This document shows positions 42,161-56,227 of a DNA stretch of 64,000 nucleotides, piece after piece. How positions within the stretch are numbered: the first letter of the stretch is position 1; each line of letters opens with the position of its first letter. A program made the position numbers and the translations under genes. This DNA comes from the human T2T-CHM13v2.0 reference genome, Homo sapiens. The notes beneath the pieces were generated by a model, which saw only the letters and a program-made list of their open reading frames with translations, was not told the origin of the DNA and made no database searches. The stretch is taken from NCBI RefSeq assembly GCF_009914755.1, contig NC_060926.1. One strand, written 5' to 3'.

Positions 42161-44573
42161 GAAAGACAGAGAAAGAAGAAAGAGAAAGAGATGGAGGGAG
42201 GGAGAGAGGGAAGAAAGCTATCACTAGTGGTGGGCTTAAATGGCCCTAGAAAATCACGGCTTTTGAGAGGAATCCCAACCCTCAAGGTTGACCTCAACTG
42301 GCTCTCGGGTCAAGGCCATGGCCATCTTTTTTGTTCTTATCACATTCATTGATTCTAATTGAGCCTATAGGTATATATTGAGGACTCTCTATGCATCCAT
42401 TCCTAGCCTACAAGGACTTAGAATGTGAAAATAAATTAAAGTGATTATTAGCCAGTTTGGGAGTGAGGAGGAGCTATGTAGAAAAGTATCATATCTATCA
42501 AAAGATATCTATCATACAGTGTAGGGAAGGTCATGATTGAGCTGCCACAGGCTACAATGGAGGTTACACCCAACTCTAAGACAAGGAATCAGGAAAGACA
42601 GGTCCTAATAAGTCTTGAGATTTGGTAGAAAGACATGAGACTGAAAAGGTATTTCCTAAAGGGATTTCCAATAGACATGATCACCAAAATTATGTAAATT
42701 GAAAAAGATGCCTTTTAGAATATTTAAATTATTTTATCATTGCTGAATTATATTCCACTTTTAAATGGGCTTAAGCCATTCATGGAAAAAGAAAACTAGA
42801 GCATGAAAAAGATCAGAAAGAGGGAGGAAGGGGAAAGAAGAGAAGGAAAAAGAATAATTTAATGACTTTGCTCTAATACCATGCACGGAAGGGTCACCAA
42901 GCAAAGAAATACGGGAATGACTCTGTTATAAACATAAATGAGATAAACAGTGATAGAAAACTCAACTTTAAGAATTTAACCAAGTAGTATCTCCAAGTTA
43001 GTTAATGGCAAAGACATTAAGATTTCATGTGTGTGTCAATGAATTTGACTTTGACTCACATAATGATGTCCCTCCAAAATGTGTTTTCTTCTCCTTCCAT
43101 TTTACAACTGTGTAAGTTCTAGAAAGTATTTTTCCCAAAGCAACAAAGCCAGCAGGGTAACAGAGAGTCTAGAAATGAAGCCACAACAAGATAATTAGGG
43201 GCTCAGTGTGCTAAGGATGAAGAAGAGAATTCCCCGGGAAAGGCATCGTGGCTGTCAACTAATGTCAACCAGAAATACCTGATCCATGCTTCTCTTCAAC
43301 AGTGAGAACAGATAATAGCATCATCTGCCTCTTGAAGAGCTAAGCTTTATGTTCACCCAAGAGGGATCAAAAAGAGGTCAGGAGACCATTAACCTTAGAA
43401 GTGAGCTGTAGGCTGTGAAAAGTTGAACTCCAGTTCTTGCAGTTGTTTTTAACTCTAAACTCTATAAATCTATGATAGTCATTTTAACAGGAAATTGTAC
43501 AGACTCAAAGTTCACCAGAAATAAAAGTCTAGAGCCAAACCCTGCTTTCAGATGACAGGGCCACTTGCTTCTGTAGGTGAGTCAGGGCAGCCACAGATAT
43601 CGGCATGGAATCTTCGCTGGGGAGAGGCTGTCTAGGATCAAAGGAAGCGCTTGCTGATACCTTATTAAAACCCTGTGAAGGCTTGGAAACTTTTAAAATA
43701 TGTTGGGTGGGTTGAGGATCTGTCTTCCCTGCACCTCCAGGTTTCAACTGATCTGTAGTTCAAACTGAAATCTCCCTCCTGTTGTTCTTATAGCTCTTGA
43801 TAAAAATTCCAACTTCAGTCGAAACACCAGGCAGACTGTACCATGGAAAAAGTTCTCACTTCAGAAGAACAATTGTCTGCTGCAGAAATAAAGTAATGCC
43901 ATTCCTATGAAATCTATAAACTCAAAACAGGGACACAGAACTAGTGGTTGCCAATAACTTTAACTTCATTTATCTATATTTGGCAAAAATTGTGCTGCAG
44001 CTGGAGATGAAATGCTGAGCTAAATAACTGCAGAGACGTGCGCTCCAAAACAGCAATTACTAAGCTGTGCTGCCTTGTGTAAGATTTCACTTTTATTTAT
44101 TATATTTAAAGCAACTCTCTAACTCTGTACAGTACAGACAGCATTGTCTATTCGAGTGATAGCTGCTCATAACGACATCTCCACCTCGCTATTTGTCCAG
44201 GAAGGTGCTTTCAGGGAGGCAAAAGATCTCTCCCATGGCCACGTTAACACAGTTTAGATGGCAGCCTCGCCACCAAATGCACCTCTCTTTTGTCCATAAT
44301 TGAAAGAAACTATTCTCATGTTCAACTCAAACTTGGCTTATCACATACTGTGCACAACTCTGATGATGGCTTTTTTTTTATCAGTGGAGATATTGATAAT
44401 TATAATTGGAAGGCTGAGGAAGAGGACTATAAATATCCCATCAGCTGCCACAGAGCTGGGGGGGAGGAGAGGTGGCAACCTATGCCTCTGAAAGAGGCTG
44501 ATGGAGAAAGATGGATCCTCACAGCCATTGTCTACCCAGCCCACATCTGTTTCTTATAGTGGGTGATGATTTT

Positions 44574-44660
44574 CATAGAATCATAGAAATTAGAGATGGA
44601 AAAGGCTCATTAGGTCATCCAGCACAGCTCTCTGCCAGTGCAGGATGATTCTCTACATGG
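44574..44660 (-). mobile_element. L3/CR1 3' end
   Basis: 'tcatagaatcatagaaattagagatggaaaagg...aggtcatccag' is the reverse complement of the CR1 (ATTCTATG)n tail. Confidence 0.6.
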
Positions 44661-47368
44661 AAGATGATCTCTTTGTTCTTCTACAAAGCTGTGTTAAGCA
44701 ATAACTCATGTAACCACCTTCACGTGCATTCATGATATTCAGCTCATCACATGTGACTCAATAAACACCAACTCAGAAAGTAGGATTTAGCCTTTTAGAG
44801 TTTTTAGAGGTACATAGTCCAAAACAGTGAGTAAAGGAGAAGGCTCTCTGAACCAAGTTAGGAACACCAGCCAACTGGGATGTGAAGTATTAATCTCATT
44901 TCTTCCTTCCATAGGTTGTCATCATCCTATCCCCAGTGATGGAGCCATACTTGGGTCTGAAATATTTTGACACAGATGAAGCAAGTCTTTGCAATTTCCA
45001 AAGGAAAGGCTTCTGTGACACACTCTCTTGTTTGAAGGAGTGACAATAACCTGAGAATTGCTGGTAGTATTATTTGTTGTTATTACTGTCATCAAAAGAT
45101 ATTTAATTAGAATCTCTTTTATATGTGACTGATAAAGCCAGTGAAATGGTCACACTGATTCTACAGTAAGCCATTTTTGAGCACCTATTATACACAAAGC
45201 ACTGTGCAGGAAGGTTGCATAGTAAGTTGAGTGTGACCCAGACTCCAACTCTGAGAAGCTTATAATAGGGTGAAGGAGACAGAGACAGAAAGGCAGGCTC
45301 TTAATCCAGGGAACTACAGGAGGTAAGCACAAGGGAGACAGAAGCAGAGGCGGGAGACGTGACTTAGCCTTACCTTCCGAAACTCCACACTGGCATGAGG
45401 AATAGTGATATGCACTTGTGGAGGAATGGTCTATAGAATGAGGATAAAGAGGTTAAAGTTTTGCGATATCTTTCAATTAGTGATTCTGTAACCAAAACCC
45501 AGAGAAGCAGGTTATGATGGAGTCATCAGCAACACATCCCTTTTTAGCTTAACTTAGGAGTTCTCTTAAATCAGGGTGCTAAGTGGGAACCAAAAAAACC
45601 CCAGCTTTGTCTGTCCGATCTTGCACTGACTGGGCCACGTCGGGTGGGTTGCTTATTCATTTGCCCAACGTATTTTATTCCAGTAATCATTCATGGCAGT
45701 CACTCAATGTCTCTGAGCACTAGTTTCTGCAAAACTTTATGTATGACATAAAGTATAACATACTTTATGCCCATAGAAGTATCTACTCTGTTGTGAGGGT
45801 AAATTAGACAACATAGCCAACCTGAAAAGTCTAATTCTAATGAATTTGTAATGAAATATTATCCTAAGTGATTATTTCCTAAACCTGAAAATGTAATCAG
45901 TTTCTTAATTATCTGTGCATGTTCACACATAGTTAAAGACATTAAGTTGATGTGTTTCTAAATTTCTTTTTTACATCGTTATGCATTTTTTATTCATTCC
46001 ACAGATGTTTAGTATGCATTTATTGTGTGCTAGAGCCTGGACAAAGGATTATGAATGGTTACAAAGAGTCCCTTGGCTGAGTACTATTTTAAAAGGGTTT
46101 AATTTTAGAGGTGTTGCTTATAGTTATCTTTTTGATATTTTGGGGTTAATTCTGTGTCTAATTCTGTTAATTTCTGGAAAACTAGTCATAACAAACTGTG
46201 TGGTCCTACAAAGATCACCCTAGCCAGGCATGGGTAGGAGTGTCCTTTTGCACCTGTGTAGAAATTTGCTGCCATGTAGCCATGAGTGGGCTGGGCTCTT
46301 TTGGGGTGGCTGGCCCTGGCAACAAACATGCAGTTCAAAGTATCAAAACGCTATGTGTTTTCTGCTTCTAAGGGATTCCGTGAAAGGTGCCACTACAATC
46401 ACCTGTCAACTTTGCAAGGAATTTCCCATCCAAAATCAATTTGTTCTCAATGTTTTTTTCTACCTGGGAGATCATGCATAGCCCACAGATAGACTCTCTT
46501 GGCCAGAGAGACACTATTACAAACTGGTGTTTCCTTGCTCTTCTTATCTCATTGCAGAAAATGCAGTCTGCCCTGAAGAACTCTGGACTGTGCCCTAACA
46601 ACATTCATTCTCTTCTTCATTTCCAGTCTCACTGGCTTGCAAATAGTGCTTCCTGCCTCTTTCTTGCTGTTTCCTCATCCTTGATTTTCAGGGTGGAAAC
46701 CTCAATTCATTTCCTTGAAATGGCAAATTATTGCAAAGGCATCAGTTGGTTCTTGTCTAAGTGGACAAGCAAAACTGCACTCTGGCTGAGATGATGGAGA
46801 CACTCACCTACCATGATGAGGGGAAGAAGCTGGAAGCTGGGTCATCTTGCCAGCCACTTTCTATGGTTATTTCACTCTTTCTTTTACTCATCCCTTTTCT
46901 TCTTGCATTTATGATATTTTGCCAATCAGTTTTGAGTTCATAAAGACACAAACCATGTCTGACTCATCTTCTAACATCCTTTAAGCTCCAGCAGCTAGCA
47001 CAGTTCTGGAAAATGTCCACTAGACACTCAAGAGGTGATTTTGCACTGATTCAGCTGCCCTCCAACCACTGATTATTTTAGGTCAGGCGCTAGTGAGCAG
47101 TGCGGCCCATCACCAAGGGACAGACAAAAGTCAATTCATCTATAACAAAACTAGACCAACAAACTCGATCTTACTAGCACCACTCTCAAAAAAACAAAGA
47201 AGACCAACCATAAACAAATGAATAGACCATATCTGAAAATATATGCGATCCTGGAGGACTTGCATTTACACTCTATTTCCTAAACTATAAAGATTTGGGT
47301 GGTCCCTATCTGGTGAGCTATGCAACTTGGTAATTTTAGGCAAATTGCTTAAGATCTCAATGCCTTGG

Positions 47369-47743
47369 TGTATTAGTCCATTTTTTACACTGCTATAAAG
47401 AACTACCTGAGACTGGGTAATTTATGAAGAGAGGAGGTTTAGTTGACTCATGGTTCTGCAGGCTGTACAGGAAATATGGCTGTGGAGGCCTTAGGAAACT
47501 TACAATCATGGCAGAAGGTGAAGGGGAAGCAGGCACCATCTTTACATGGTCAGAGCAGGACAGAAAGGGGAAGTGCTACACACTTTCAAACAACCAGATC
47601 TCATGAGAACTCACTATCACGAGAACAGCAAGGGGGAATTCCGTCCCCATGATCCATTCATCTCCCACCAGGCCCTTCCTCCAATACCAGGAATTACAAC
47701 AGGACATGAGATTGGAGTGGGAACACAGAACCAAATCATATCA
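47369..47743 (-). mobile_element. THE1D-type MaLR solo LTR, inserted in a MIR
   Basis: tgtattagtcc...catatca; 'ggaaacttacaatcatggcagaagg'; perfect 5-bp TSD cttgg. Confidence 0.9.
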
Positions 47744-48701
47744 CTTGGTAACTTCATCTCAGTGAGATGGGTGGATAGCCAATATCATGGCATCCTTTGA
47801 AATCTGAAATTCTTTTATTATATTTCTTCCAATGATCACTCAACATTGACTGGTTGGATAGGATGAGCTGAAAAGCAAAAGTTTACAGTTTAATTCATTT
47901 CTAGAAAGAAATATTAAAAATTTATTTTAAGCAAGGTGCCACGCTGGGTGATAGAGGTGATAGATGACAATGCTTTTGTCACTGAGGGGTCCTTCTCTGG
48001 ATGGTGTCATAAAATTGTATTAGAATTCAGGAAAAAACAGCTAGAGAAAAAGCAGTTTATCAGCACTTATGGCACTGCCATCTCATCATCAAAATGAACT
48101 GTGCACAATCATGTCATGGGTTTGTTAGGCATGAGCTTTGCTGAGGCTAGACAGGCCTCACATCTGTCACCTAATGCCAATTCACCTCCACACTCCCAGT
48201 ACACAAAGGCCTTCTCCCTGGAGCCAAACTTCACTCTGCTTCCTCCATGTGAGGTGAGACCTTACTCAGACTGTGCCCTCCATCTGGGAGGTGTTTCTCC
48301 TGGGACTTGCTATTTACCCCTTGGCCCCCAGCTTATCATCCACAGAAATTCCACTGCCCTCCCTGGTTTCCATCAGTGCTGGCTACTCCCTCCTCTCGTC
48401 CTTTTCAGCAACACTGTGGGATCACAGCTTTCCAGGTGGAGATTTCCCTCCCTGGGCCCTGACTTTCCCCAGGATGAGAACTGCTCTCTAACTAACCTGC
48501 CGCTGTGCCAGCCCTTAGCATAGATGGGCATGTGCACCTGCCAGGAAAACAGCTGCTCTTTATCAAAGCCAAGTGGCACAGGTCCATCAGATGCTTTGCC
48601 TTCTGTAACCCCAGTATTGAACAAGAAACAACTTCCCTGTACAAAAGCCAGTCTCACATTTGGGAAGCTGACATCCCCTTAAATTCACCCCTTCTTATAA
48701 T

Positions 48702-49138
48702 GCTAGAAAGACATAGCTAAACGCTCGAACCTTGGGCAGCATGTCAGGAATCTGACAGAAATGTGCAGAAAGCCAGGGCAATCACAGCCTCTTCTCTATC
48801 TAGGACTCCGCCTTTTCTTATCTCCTTCTCCTCAGCATATTACAATGGCCATGTGCCCTCCCATGGGACTGTCTTCTTCCTGAGGACAAGAACAGTGCCC
48901 CACCCAATGCCTTAGATCATGCAAAGAGTGTACACAGACTGCAAGTACTAAGTTTAATATGATTACTAACATGTTGAACACTGCTCTATGGACTTCACAT
49001 GTACCAACTCATTTAATTCTTAAAATGATCCAGTAAGGACGTGTAGTAGTCAGGCTTCCCCAGAAACAGAACCAATGGGAGATATACCTAGATAGATAAA
49101 TAGGTACATACATACATACATACATAGGCACACACACT

Positions 49139-49182
<44 letters not shown>

Positions 49183-49387
49183 ATGTATGTGTATATGTGT
49201 ATATGTGTATATATGTGTGTGTATATATCCACACATATATACACACATACATATAATATATACACATACATTTACACACATACATATATGTTCATGTGTA
49301 TATATGTGTGGATATACACACATACATATACACATATACATACATACACACATACATATGATAATATGATATATATATACACACATA

Positions 49388-49418
<31 letters not shown>

Positions 49419-49950
49419 CTATATATGTATCTCCTGTTGGTTCTGTTTCTGAGGGAGCCTGACCACTACACTTTCCTATTGGGTATTATATCACACAGCC
49501 TTTGTAATATGCCAAGGAGAAAGAGATAGAGAAAAGGCAGAGTCATAGAGAAGAGGTTGAGATTCTCCTGGCTTTCTGCATGTTTCTGTCAGATTCCTGA
49601 CATGCTGCCCAAGGTTCCTGCCTTTAGCTAGGTCTTTCTAGCTAGGTGCATTCATATACATATGCACACACACACACACACACATACATATACACACATA
49701 CATGTATGTATATTATGTGTGTACATAGATATGCATACATATACATGCATATATATGTGTGTGTGTATATAAAAATATACATATATGTATATATATTTCC
49801 TATTGGTTCTGTTTCTGGGGAAGTCTGACCACAACACTCCCTTATTGTGTTATTTTGAGGGTTAAATGAGTTGCTACATGTGAAGGCCCTAGAGCAGTGT
49901 CCATCGCGTTAGTAATTATATTAAACTCAGGACGTGCAGTCTGCATACAT
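48702..49950. repeat. Complex inverted duplication
   Basis: 48702-48855 inverted at 49492-49642; 48935-49086 inverted at 49792-49943; partial third copy at about 49425-49490. Confidence 0.9.
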
Positions 49951-50342
49951 ATACATATATATGTATAATATCAGAGAGAGATAGAGATTGGTCTTAAAAA
50001 ATTGACTTATGTGATTTTAGGGGCTGCAAGTCCATAACCTGCAGGGCAGGCATGCAGGCTGAAGACTCAGGGAGAAGTTGATGTTGCAGCTTGAGTCCAA
50101 AAGCAGTCTGGAGGCAGAATCCCCTCTTCCTCGGGGCACGTCAGTCTTTTTCTCTTAAGGTTTTCAGCTTACTGGATGAGTCCCACCCACACTATGGAGG
50201 GTCATCTGCTTTACCAAAAGTCCACTGATTTAAATGTTAATCTCATCTTAAACTACCTTCACGGAAACATCCAGACTTGTATTTAACCAAATATCTGGGT
50301 ATCATAGCCTAGCCAAGTGGACACATAAAATTAATGATCACA
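49042..50342 (-). mobile_element. MLT2C/D-type LTR with rearranged (TA/CA/TG)n interior, inserted in a minus-strand MIR
   Basis: 'tgtagtagtcagg...cagaaacagaaccaat' to 'gacacataaaattaatgatcaca'; TSD-like ggacg/ggaag; MIR halves at about 48960-49040 and 50348-50500. Confidence 0.82.
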
Positions 50343-51004
50343 GGAAGGTACCATCTTTACCCTGACTTACAGAAGCAGAAAGGAAAACACAGATTGTTTA
50401 AGTCACTAGCCCTGAGTCACACAGCAATACGTAGTGCAATTGGAATTTGGCCTGGGCAGTCATTCCAGGAACTTGTGTTCATAAACCCTGAGCTATGCCA
50501 CCTTCCTGTGAATTTCAGCATGGTATTCCTTATTTTGGCATGAGGCTGTATAAAGGGAACTGCTGAAAACGAACCATCTCTTTCTGATATTATCAAGTGG
50601 GTGATGTTATAACACTGAACCAGAAATGTATTTCCAGGAAACAGAACCCAAAAGGATGACTATATACTTAGTTTGGCCACATAATACCAGCCTGAACATC
50701 AACTCAAACCAATTCACCAAGCCCTTTGTGGCTGAGAGGAAGGCATGGCTGTCAAGAGTTCTAGCTCGTCTGTTTTGGTTTTTGGCTTGGGCGTGTGTGT
50801 AGATGTGGGTGTGTAGACGTGTATGTGTATGCGTGTGTGCGTATGTGCATGCATCTTAAGGAATCTGCTTCTGGTTCTTTGGGGACACTGATGATGATGG
50901 ATTTCTCTATTTCACCATATATAATTCCTTCCTGCTGCACAGGACAGAATCCTAAGGGCTCCTAAGCCTGTTCCCAAGCTTCCAAAAGAGCACCAACTCA
51001 CCGT

Positions 51005-51225
51005 ATGGTTAACAAACCTAGGTTTGAATCCTACCTCTGTCACTTATTAAGTCAATATTCTTGGACAAGTTCTTTACTCTCTCCAAGTTTGGTTCCATCC
51101 CTACAATGGGGCTGATCAGAGCACTGACCTGGGATGGTCACCGTGGGGACTCAGGAATGATGCACGTGTGGAATGCAGCCCAGCACCTGGCATGGGGCAT
51201 ACACAGCAGATGACAAACACCATTC
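51005..51225 (+). mobile_element. MIR
   Basis: 'cctaggtttgaatcctacctctgtcactta...cttggacaagtt'. Confidence 0.65.
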
Positions 51226-51330
51226 CAAAAGACAATTACTGCTTCATCATTAACGTCTCCTCACCAAAACCTTTTCATAGGAAACATGCCTAACCAAGGC
51301 AAGCTCCTCCTTCTGAGTTTATATATACCT

Positions 51331-51623
51331 GGCCGGGCATGGTGACACACACCTGTAATCCCAGCACTTTGAGAGGCAGAGGCAGGCAGATCACTTGAGG
51401 TCAGGAGTTCGGGACCAGCCTGGCCAACATGGCAAAACCCCATCTCTACTAAAAACACAAAAATTAACCAGGTATGCTGGCACATGCCTGTAATCTCAGC
51501 TACTTGGGTGGCTGAGGTGAAGAATCACTCACACCTGGGAGGTGGAGGTTGCAGTGAGCCGAGATTTTGCCACTGCACTTCAGCCTGGGTGGCAGCAGAA
51601 AGAGACTCTGTCAAAAAAAAAAT
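51331..51623 (+). mobile_element. AluS (Sx/Sz-type)
   Basis: Full dimer; TSD agtttatatatacct / agtctatatatacct. Confidence 0.93.
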
Positions 51624-53054
51624 AGTCTATATATACCTGTGGGCTGCAGAAGAGTCAGGAATCCCAAAGGCTGGCTCCAGTGGGAACCTGTCTAGCTGGA
51701 CCTTCCTTGCTCACCCCATGCCCGGTGTTCAGCAGCCCACTTTGCCCCAGGACACCACCCCTGAGTGAAGCCCTCCACATGCTGTCTCCGTACAGTGCTC
51801 AGTCACCTGTGGAGATCCATTCTTTCCATATGAAAGTGTGGCCCAGCTGGAGTCTCCACCGTGGTGTCTGTGGGACTGTGTCAAATCTGGTTACCACTGC
51901 CCTCGTTCTGCTAGAGACAACTATACCTTAATCACCCCGTGTTTGTTCCAGGAGGAAAATCCTGGAACTGATCTTCTATGGGGTACTAACTTTTCTCAGT
52001 CTTCTGTAGGAGATTAAGTGATTCTGTCTTCTGAGCTCTGACATCATTTCAAATGTATGAACATTGGCCTGAAGCTTAATAAATTTCAGCCATCGTATAT
52101 TCTTAGCTTTTGCTTGGGCTGGCGTTCCTCTGCTTAACAAAAAACAGTCATGAGCCAGATGAAAGCAATTTTCCCACATGGCACCTTCATCTTATTTTCC
52201 AGTCTCTGAGTAAAAGACCGCACCTCTCACCTTGCAGCTATCACAGAACATGGGAACATTGCCGTCTGCATGCCTCTCACAGGAAATCATGCACATTCCC
52301 CAAATTCCCCACAGGACCCAGGGCCTCCCTGCTCCTGCCCCACACTGTGCAGAGCACATCCGTGCGGAGGTATGGAAGACTAGCCAGGCCAGAGACCAGC
52401 AAAGGTGGCTGTGTGGCTAGGGGCTGGCCTCCCTCAACACTGGACGAATTGACGTTGAGCACGTACTAAGTCTAAGGAAATCCAGCTGCATGCTGGATTT
52501 ATAGCTGTGTACAAGACAAGTATCAGCCCTCCTGGTCTTACTTTTTGGGGAATGCACAATTAATCACTTACATCGCAATTGTGATACTTGCTACAAAGGA
52601 GAAGGGCAGGCTGTGAGCAAACGCAAAACAGGGGGACTGGATGTAGTCAGGAGGTCGTTAAACGCTGCCCTAGAAAGTGAAATTTTTAGTTGAAATCTAA
52701 AGTGTGATTAAGATTGAGTTTGGTGGAAAAGAATCCAGAGAACTTTATAGGCTGAGTTGAAAAAGATGTGGGGCAGGCCAGAGGCAGTGGAAGCCCACTG
52801 TAGTCCAGAAACTGAAAAAAGTGCCCAGTGGCCGAGATACGCAAAGCAGGGAGGAGAGAGGCTCAGGCTGGGGCGCCGGGCAAAAGCCAGCACTGGCAAG
52901 GCCCTGCAGAACACATGCATAAGTTTCAATTTTATCCTGTAAGACAAGGGAAGCCACTGAAGTTTAGGCAAAGGGGTGAAAAGAGCAGGTATCTCTTCTA
53001 AAAGGCTATTTTGCCCTATGGAAAAGAGAGTTGTGGGAGGCAGAAGCAGATGAG

Positions 53055-53876
<822 letters not shown>

Positions 53877-54199
53877 GAGCGAATAAGAAAAGAGCAATGA
53901 GAAGGTTATTGTAGTGATATAGGCAAAAGTTGAATGCAGCTAAGCTGAGGATGTTAGCAGGGGTAGTCTTAACCACTGGGAGATGGACCAGGTATCAACT
54001 TGGAAGGCTGGGTTTTTGTCAAGTTGCGGCTACAACATACAATAGCAGGAAGCCCAGGAAGCTGGACAGCCAGCCTCAGAAGGTCAGCAACAGGAGGAGA
54101 GCAGGTTTCCTGTCAGGACAGGAAACTCAGGCAAGTGCAGAATGCAGAGGGGCTGAGTGGAATCCTGGCCAAAGCAAGGGGCCAAGCTGTGCAATCTCA

Positions 54200-54378
54200 G
54201 ATGATGCTTGCTATGTCAGAATGCATCCTCATATCACCAGATCTCCTGAGAAGCTCAAAATAAAGATTTTTATATGAAATTTCCCAACCATTAAAGGTAG
54301 CAACTCATTCAAAAACTTTGAAACGTGTGTAGACCATATAAAACATATCTTACTGGGACTGCCAGTTTGCAAGCTGTA
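54200..54378. mobile_element. MER102-like hAT-Charlie remnant
   Basis: 'agatttttatatgaaatttccc...gcaactcattcaaa...ctgccagtttgc'. Confidence 0.5.
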
Positions 54379-54887
54379 ACTTAACACACTCTTAAACATG
54401 GCATCAAACCAGGCTGCTGACCTCCAAGAAGTTTACCATTTAATTTGGCAGATAAGCAATTTATCTAAAATAAGAAGATACATGGCAAACAAGGCCATAG
54501 GGATCAGTGTCAGATGAGTGGGTCGAGCCTGTGCTTTGTATGCTACATGCCAAGGGAGGAGAGACTAGAGAGTTGACAAAGGATCAAGGACAGCAGAAGC
54601 TTCCCAGAGAGAGAGAGAGATGGTGTAAGTCAAAGGAGCAAGCACACCCATGCAAACACAGACACAGAAACCTGGGTTGCATACAAGGAGGGGCGTATAC
54701 AAGGAGAGAACCAAGGCAGAAACTCTCATGCAAGGCATGAGACAGAGACCCAGGGTCTGGGATGGGCATACAAGGATTGACCCCAAGGAACAAGGCAAGA
54801 AATGAGTGACTGAAACCAGGTCAGAGTAGCCGGGGCAGCCCAAGGATGAACCCCTCTCTTCTGCTTGCCCCGTCTTCACCCCACGGG

Positions 54888-55350
54888 TGCGGGAGGGGAT
54901 CCTGCCCTAGGGTTCCGAGAATCATCAAACACAAGACACATGACCCAGGAAAGATGAGGCATACAGTTGTTTACTGGCCATGTTTACTCACTGCCTGGGG
55001 AGGAGGACACTGCAGGCCATACAGGGCCGGCATTTGGGAGCCCAGTGAGCAACCAGAGGAAGCGGGAGGCAGGCTTTATAGTACCAAGAGTGTGGGGTCC
55101 CCCTGGTCCTCAGGGGAGGGTGAGATCGGCTTGTTTGAATGATGTGGTGAGCTAGCAGGAAGTGAAACCTGTTAGGCTGAGGATGGGGTGAGTGCAGCCA
55201 GTCCATCCGATACTGCCTCTAGCTGGGTTGGGAGGCCCTCCCATCCATTGGGAGAGTTTCTGGCAAAAGCAGGGGAAGTCAGAGCTAGGACTTTGGGGTC
55301 CTCTGAGGTTCAAATATGTCAGGGCAGCACTAAGACATTTAGGCCTTACA
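54888..55350 (-). mobile_element. MER54-like ERVL LTR
   Basis: Ends 'atgtcagggcagcact...atttaggccttaca'; 'ggcaggctttatagt', 'gatcggcttgtttgaat'. Confidence 0.6.
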
Positions 55351-55734
55351 GTACACCCTCTCAGAACCATCTTCTCAAGCACAGTGAGACAATGTCACTC
55401 CCTGATTAAGACGTCCACTCCCTTTGCAGGTGGAAATCAAGCTCCTTAGAAAAGCACTGTGCAGTTACGCCGCTTGTCCACTCCTGCTCCAACATGCCCC
55501 AGGCTCTGTGTCCACACTGCAACCTCTCTGATCCTCCCCGGTCTAGGTCAGGCCTGGCGTGTCCCAGAGGCACAGCAGTGAGAAAGCCAGGGACACCTAT
55601 TCTCTGGCCTCCCTTGCTCCCTACCATCCCCACATCTGGACATCCCGGTGAGCCGTGTTGGTGTCATTGTTGTAAGAGTTGCCCGTCTGTGAATACTGCA
55701 CTTCAATGTTTACGGAATCCACTCACAATATATT

Positions 55735-55925
55735 ACTGCATTTCTTCTACTCAGCAATCCTTAAAGTGGATATTATTAACTCCATCTCACAGATGAGAAA
55801 ATTGGGTTCAGAGAGGTTAATTAATTTGCTTAAGATCCAACTGTGAACAAATATCAGACCAAAATTTGAAATGCAAGTCTTTGGCCTGAAAGTCCAATAT
55901 TGTTTCCCTAATACCACCACTTCCA
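55735..55925 (-). mobile_element. MIR
   Basis: 'cagatgagaaaattgggttcagagaggttaattaatttgc'. Confidence 0.7.
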
Positions 55926-56181
55926 TTCTAGAAAAATAGCTCTCCACATCTCCATCCTCTTCCCAATAAAATCTCCCTTCAGTCAGAGGGACAAAGTGCT
56001 CCAAAATATATTCATGAAAAGCAGTCCTTCCAGCTCTTAACAAATCATCTAGCATTTGGCCATACATTCCATTAGGTCCTTAATTGGAAAATGTCACAGA
56101 CTGTTCCCCAATTATTTCTTTTGTAAGGTCTCCAAGCTAGAAGCAAATCTTCTTGAGTTCAGGGACTACATTATAAGATAT

Positions 56182-56185
<4 letters not shown>

Positions 56186-56222
<37 letters not shown>
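56186..56222. repeat. (TA)n microsatellite within a plus-strand L2 tail
   Basis: Direct reading. Confidence 0.9.

Positions 56223-56227
<5 letters not shown>

Noticed and set aside
43661-43879. Possible minus-strand exon (acceptor ttatttctgcag, donor aag|gtatca)
   Set aside because: Weak donor, unrecognised peptide and no partner exons
49009-49837. Cys/Val/Tyr/His-rich ORFs
   Set aside because: Translations of dinucleotide repeats
56078-56087. Perfect CArG CCTTAATTGG
   Set aside because: Isolated motif in L2-derived sequence with no supporting context
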